Below are positions 61,302 to 64,000 of a DNA stretch of 64,000 nt, piece by piece. The position numbers were made by a program, and so were the translations under genes. How positions within the stretch are numbered: position 1 is the first letter of the stretch; every line of letters begins with the position of its first letter. This stretch comes from Paraspadella gotoi (lineage: Eukaryota; Animalia; Chaetognatha): assembly GCA_051294375.1 (NCBI GenBank), contig CM119263.1, positions 30,740,053 through 30,804,052 on the forward strand, in the 5' to 3' direction. The notes below the pieces were generated by a model. It saw only the letters and a program-made list of their open reading frames with translations, had not been told where the DNA came from and ran no database searches.

Positions 61302-62020
61302 GATGTATATAATAAATCAAATAATTAATCAGTTAATAAATCAATTAGTCAATTAATTAATCAATAATTAATTAATCAGTCAATCATCCGTCCATCCGTC
61401 CCACCTTAGCAAAAAGCTCAATAACTCGTGATTATCTGGTTGGATCGGAATGAAATTTTGTGTATGGGTAGGAACATGTGTGATGAAGCTGGATATAAAG
61501 TTTTGACGGATTCATGTGAGTGGATATGAGTTTAAATGGAAAAACATAAGTCGCATTTACTAAAATCTTTTACTTATTTTAACCAATAAATACTCTAATT
61601 AATCATAATTGGATGGATAGATTGAGTTCAAATTTTGTGTGTGGGTAGGAAAATGTGTGACGAAGCTTGATATAAAGTTTCGGTATGAGTGGAAATGAGT
61701 TTAATGAAAAAATATGAGTCACATTTAGTTGACTCTTTTCACTTATTTTAACCATAATAGATTGCGATGAAATTTTGTGAGCGGGAAGGAAAGTTTGTAA
61801 AGAAGCTAGATATAAAAGTTTTGACGGAATTGTGCCAGTGGAAATGAGTTAAATAGAAAAAATATAAGTCACATTTACTTTATTTTAAGGACATCGATGA
61901 TGATAAGCTGTATATAAAATTATAATTAATTATTAAATATTAAAATTAATTAATAATTAATTAATCGATTAATTAATTAATTAATTTTGTAGGCAGATCC
62001 GACATTGTTTGCTTAAACTT
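61302..62020 (-). mobile_element. Truncated Helentron/DINE-1-like element, family 1
   Basis: Reverse complement of ~16100-16750 followed by the family terminus at ~61994-62020. Confidence 0.75.
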
Positions 62021-62179
62021 CTTCTATGCGATTGCGACAATCCTTATGCTTTTAAGATTTTTTTAAATATTTAATTTTTTTAATATATTTACTCGTCCAA
62101 ATTTATTCTCAAAGATGCTGTTCATTTTTTGGTTTCCTATGAAAATTAGGTCATAGAAAGTTTTTAATTTTTTGCCAAG

Positions 62180-63326
62180 TCAATAAGGTACAGTTAGAAA
62201 GTGTTTCACTTGTTAAAAAAGATATTTTGATTAAAAAAAATATTTTTAAGAGATATATCCAAAATCGAAATATTCTTCATCCTGCATCATCATCCATAAA
62301 CGTTTTTTTAATAATAGTTACAAGTATACAGTTTCTTATTTTGATGTGGTGTTCGCTTTCTTTGGGGGTTTTAATGACTCCTATAGATCTGAAAAACTTT
62401 TTGGGATTTATCAATGTTAATAGAATATACAAACGAATAGCTGAATTATTCATTTTGCCTGGAATTTGTTGTGTAATTCAATTTTTGTTATCTATTCATT
62501 GTGGGTATTATGATGAAAAATTAGATTTAATGATTCTCGATCCAGAGTTAGTTTGGAAGCATGCAAAAGGATCAAAACCAATATTGATCTTATTACTCTC
62601 GATTCAACCAATAGGAATAATATGTTCATTATATGGATTTACAAAATACGAGATCAATGTAATTCTAAGCTGCTGTCCAATTGGTTTTCAACTTTACTCG
62701 ATTATGATGTATTATAAATTGAAACCATACTCGTTAAATCTAGCTAAAAGTAAAGAAATAATCAAAACATCGATGGTTGTATTATTATCGCTGACAGTCT
62801 TAACGATTGTTTGGATGTGCACAACTTGCATGATACAAGGATGTAAAATCTCCTGGATTGGCTTAATGGACCCAAACGAGGATAAATTTAACTCAGTTAA
62901 TGACTTCATCATTTTGTCACTAAGCATGGTATGTAATGTGGTAGGTAATATCGGTGGCGGATATATTAAACCGCAAAACGTTTTAGAAAGGCTTTTCAGT
63001 TGTTTTCTTATGCTTTTCGGTTTTTTTATGGGAGGATACTTTCAAGCAATGGTTATGTCCAAGTTCAATACAATGTTTATGAAAGAGAATGAAAAACGCT
63101 TAAAAATCAGCATATTTTCTAAACTTCTGGAAAAAAATGGACTCGAAGAGAAGAAAATAGCTTTGATTATGAATTACATAAATTACTCTTCACTTGGATC
63201 ATCTGAAGATTGGGAATTTGACAAAATTCTGTCAAATATGCATACCTTACTCGCCTGTAAAATAACCTATGGTTTTACAGAAAGTTTTTTGAAACAATTA
63301 TTTTTGTTAAAAAAATTGGGAAACAG
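62180..63326 (+). CDS. CNG-family channel internal exon: S1-S6, pore and C-linker (repeat D)
   Basis: ILHPASS (pre-S1), IHCGYYD, pore NVVGNIGGGYIKPQNVLERLF, S6, C-linker ILSNMHTLLACKI; frame open from 62143, candidate phase-1 acceptors at 62149 or 62179; donor CAG|GTAAC. Confidence 0.82.
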
Positions 63327-63419
63327 GTAACACGGTTGCCAAAAATAACTTTTGGGCCTAATGTCATTTTGTTCTATCGCCATGTAAATCCTTGGAAAAT
63401 GTTTTTATTATTATCTGTC

Positions 63420-64000
63420 TGTTTGTTTGTAAACAACGATTTTATTCACATTGGACATGTTTCGGCTCTTGCCTTTAAGCCTTCATCAGCGTTTGTCTCA
63501 ATAACAATTTTTTCTTTAAACATTGAGTTAGAGAGAGAGAGAGAGAGAGAAGAGAGAGAGAGAAAGAGAAAGTAAAGCTTCCACACAGAGTGAGAAAAAG
63601 ACAGTGGTCAGATTGAGGACAGGTGAAGGTAAGGGAGAGAAGAAGAAGGAAAGTGGTTGAAAAATGAATGGTGAAATATTGAAGAGACAGAGGAGAGAGA
63701 AAATAATTACATTTTTTGTAATGTATAACAAATCAAATAAATGAAATAAATAATATATAAACTAAATTATAAATATTATAATAAAAGAAACTAATATTAG
63801 GATTAGACTATTATTTTAAGAGAATGAAGATATAGTGAAGGAAGATATGTGTGGTTAGGAGAAAGTAGACAAGTATGAAGAGAGAAGAGAAAATAGAGAG
63901 AGAAAGAGCTCAAAATGAGCCGCCCCCCCCCGCGGCCTGGCAAAAGCAGGACGTTGACGATCTGATCGGGTCATTTGACTTGTCATGGGCTGAGAAGATA
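63420..64000 (-). mobile_element. Penelope-like pLTR repeat
   Basis: Same layout as 27020-27590, including GAGCTCAAAATGAGC..C-run. Confidence 0.7.
63452..63491 (-). ncRNA. Minimal type I hammerhead ribozyme
   Basis: Minus strand: CG-CTGATGA-AGGCTT..GAGCC-GAAA-CATG-TC, then AATAAAATCGTTG. Confidence 0.8.

Overview
AT-rich, repeat-dense animal-type genomic DNA with GT-AG introns and degenerate TTAGGG tracts; the taxon cannot be determined from this window. (1) A spliced + strand gene at 13973-43984 encodes at least three tandem 6TM-pore-C-linker-CNBD repeats in one polypeptide. This is the architecture of CNGK/tetraKCNG channels, but the filters and CNBDs are very divergent, and 33-35 nt introns sit next to 1.5-10 kb introns. 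A further 6TM-pore exon of the same family lies at ~62.2-63.3 kb. (2) A near-intact CsRn1-type Ty3/Gypsy element at 55333-61301 has a -1 frameshift signal and no TSD. (3) Small LTR elements carry tRNA-like Pol III promoters in their LTRs (one full TRIM and two solo LTRs with 4-bp TSDs), and three LTR-like junctions have a PBS that runs 30-69 nt into the primer tRNA including CCA. (4) About 9 minimal type I hammerhead ribozymes lie in Penelope-like repeats, with a Penelope GIY-YIG fragment nearby. (5) There are many nested non-autonomous DNA transposons (hAT-like with 8-bp and 7-bp TSDs, Tc1/mariner, Helentron/DINE-like), a LINE 3' end and minisatellites. (6) After a 100-N gap there is a TE-poor, CpG- and (GA)n-rich block at ~46.9-55.3 kb. 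All calls were made by eye and repeat coordinates are approximate.
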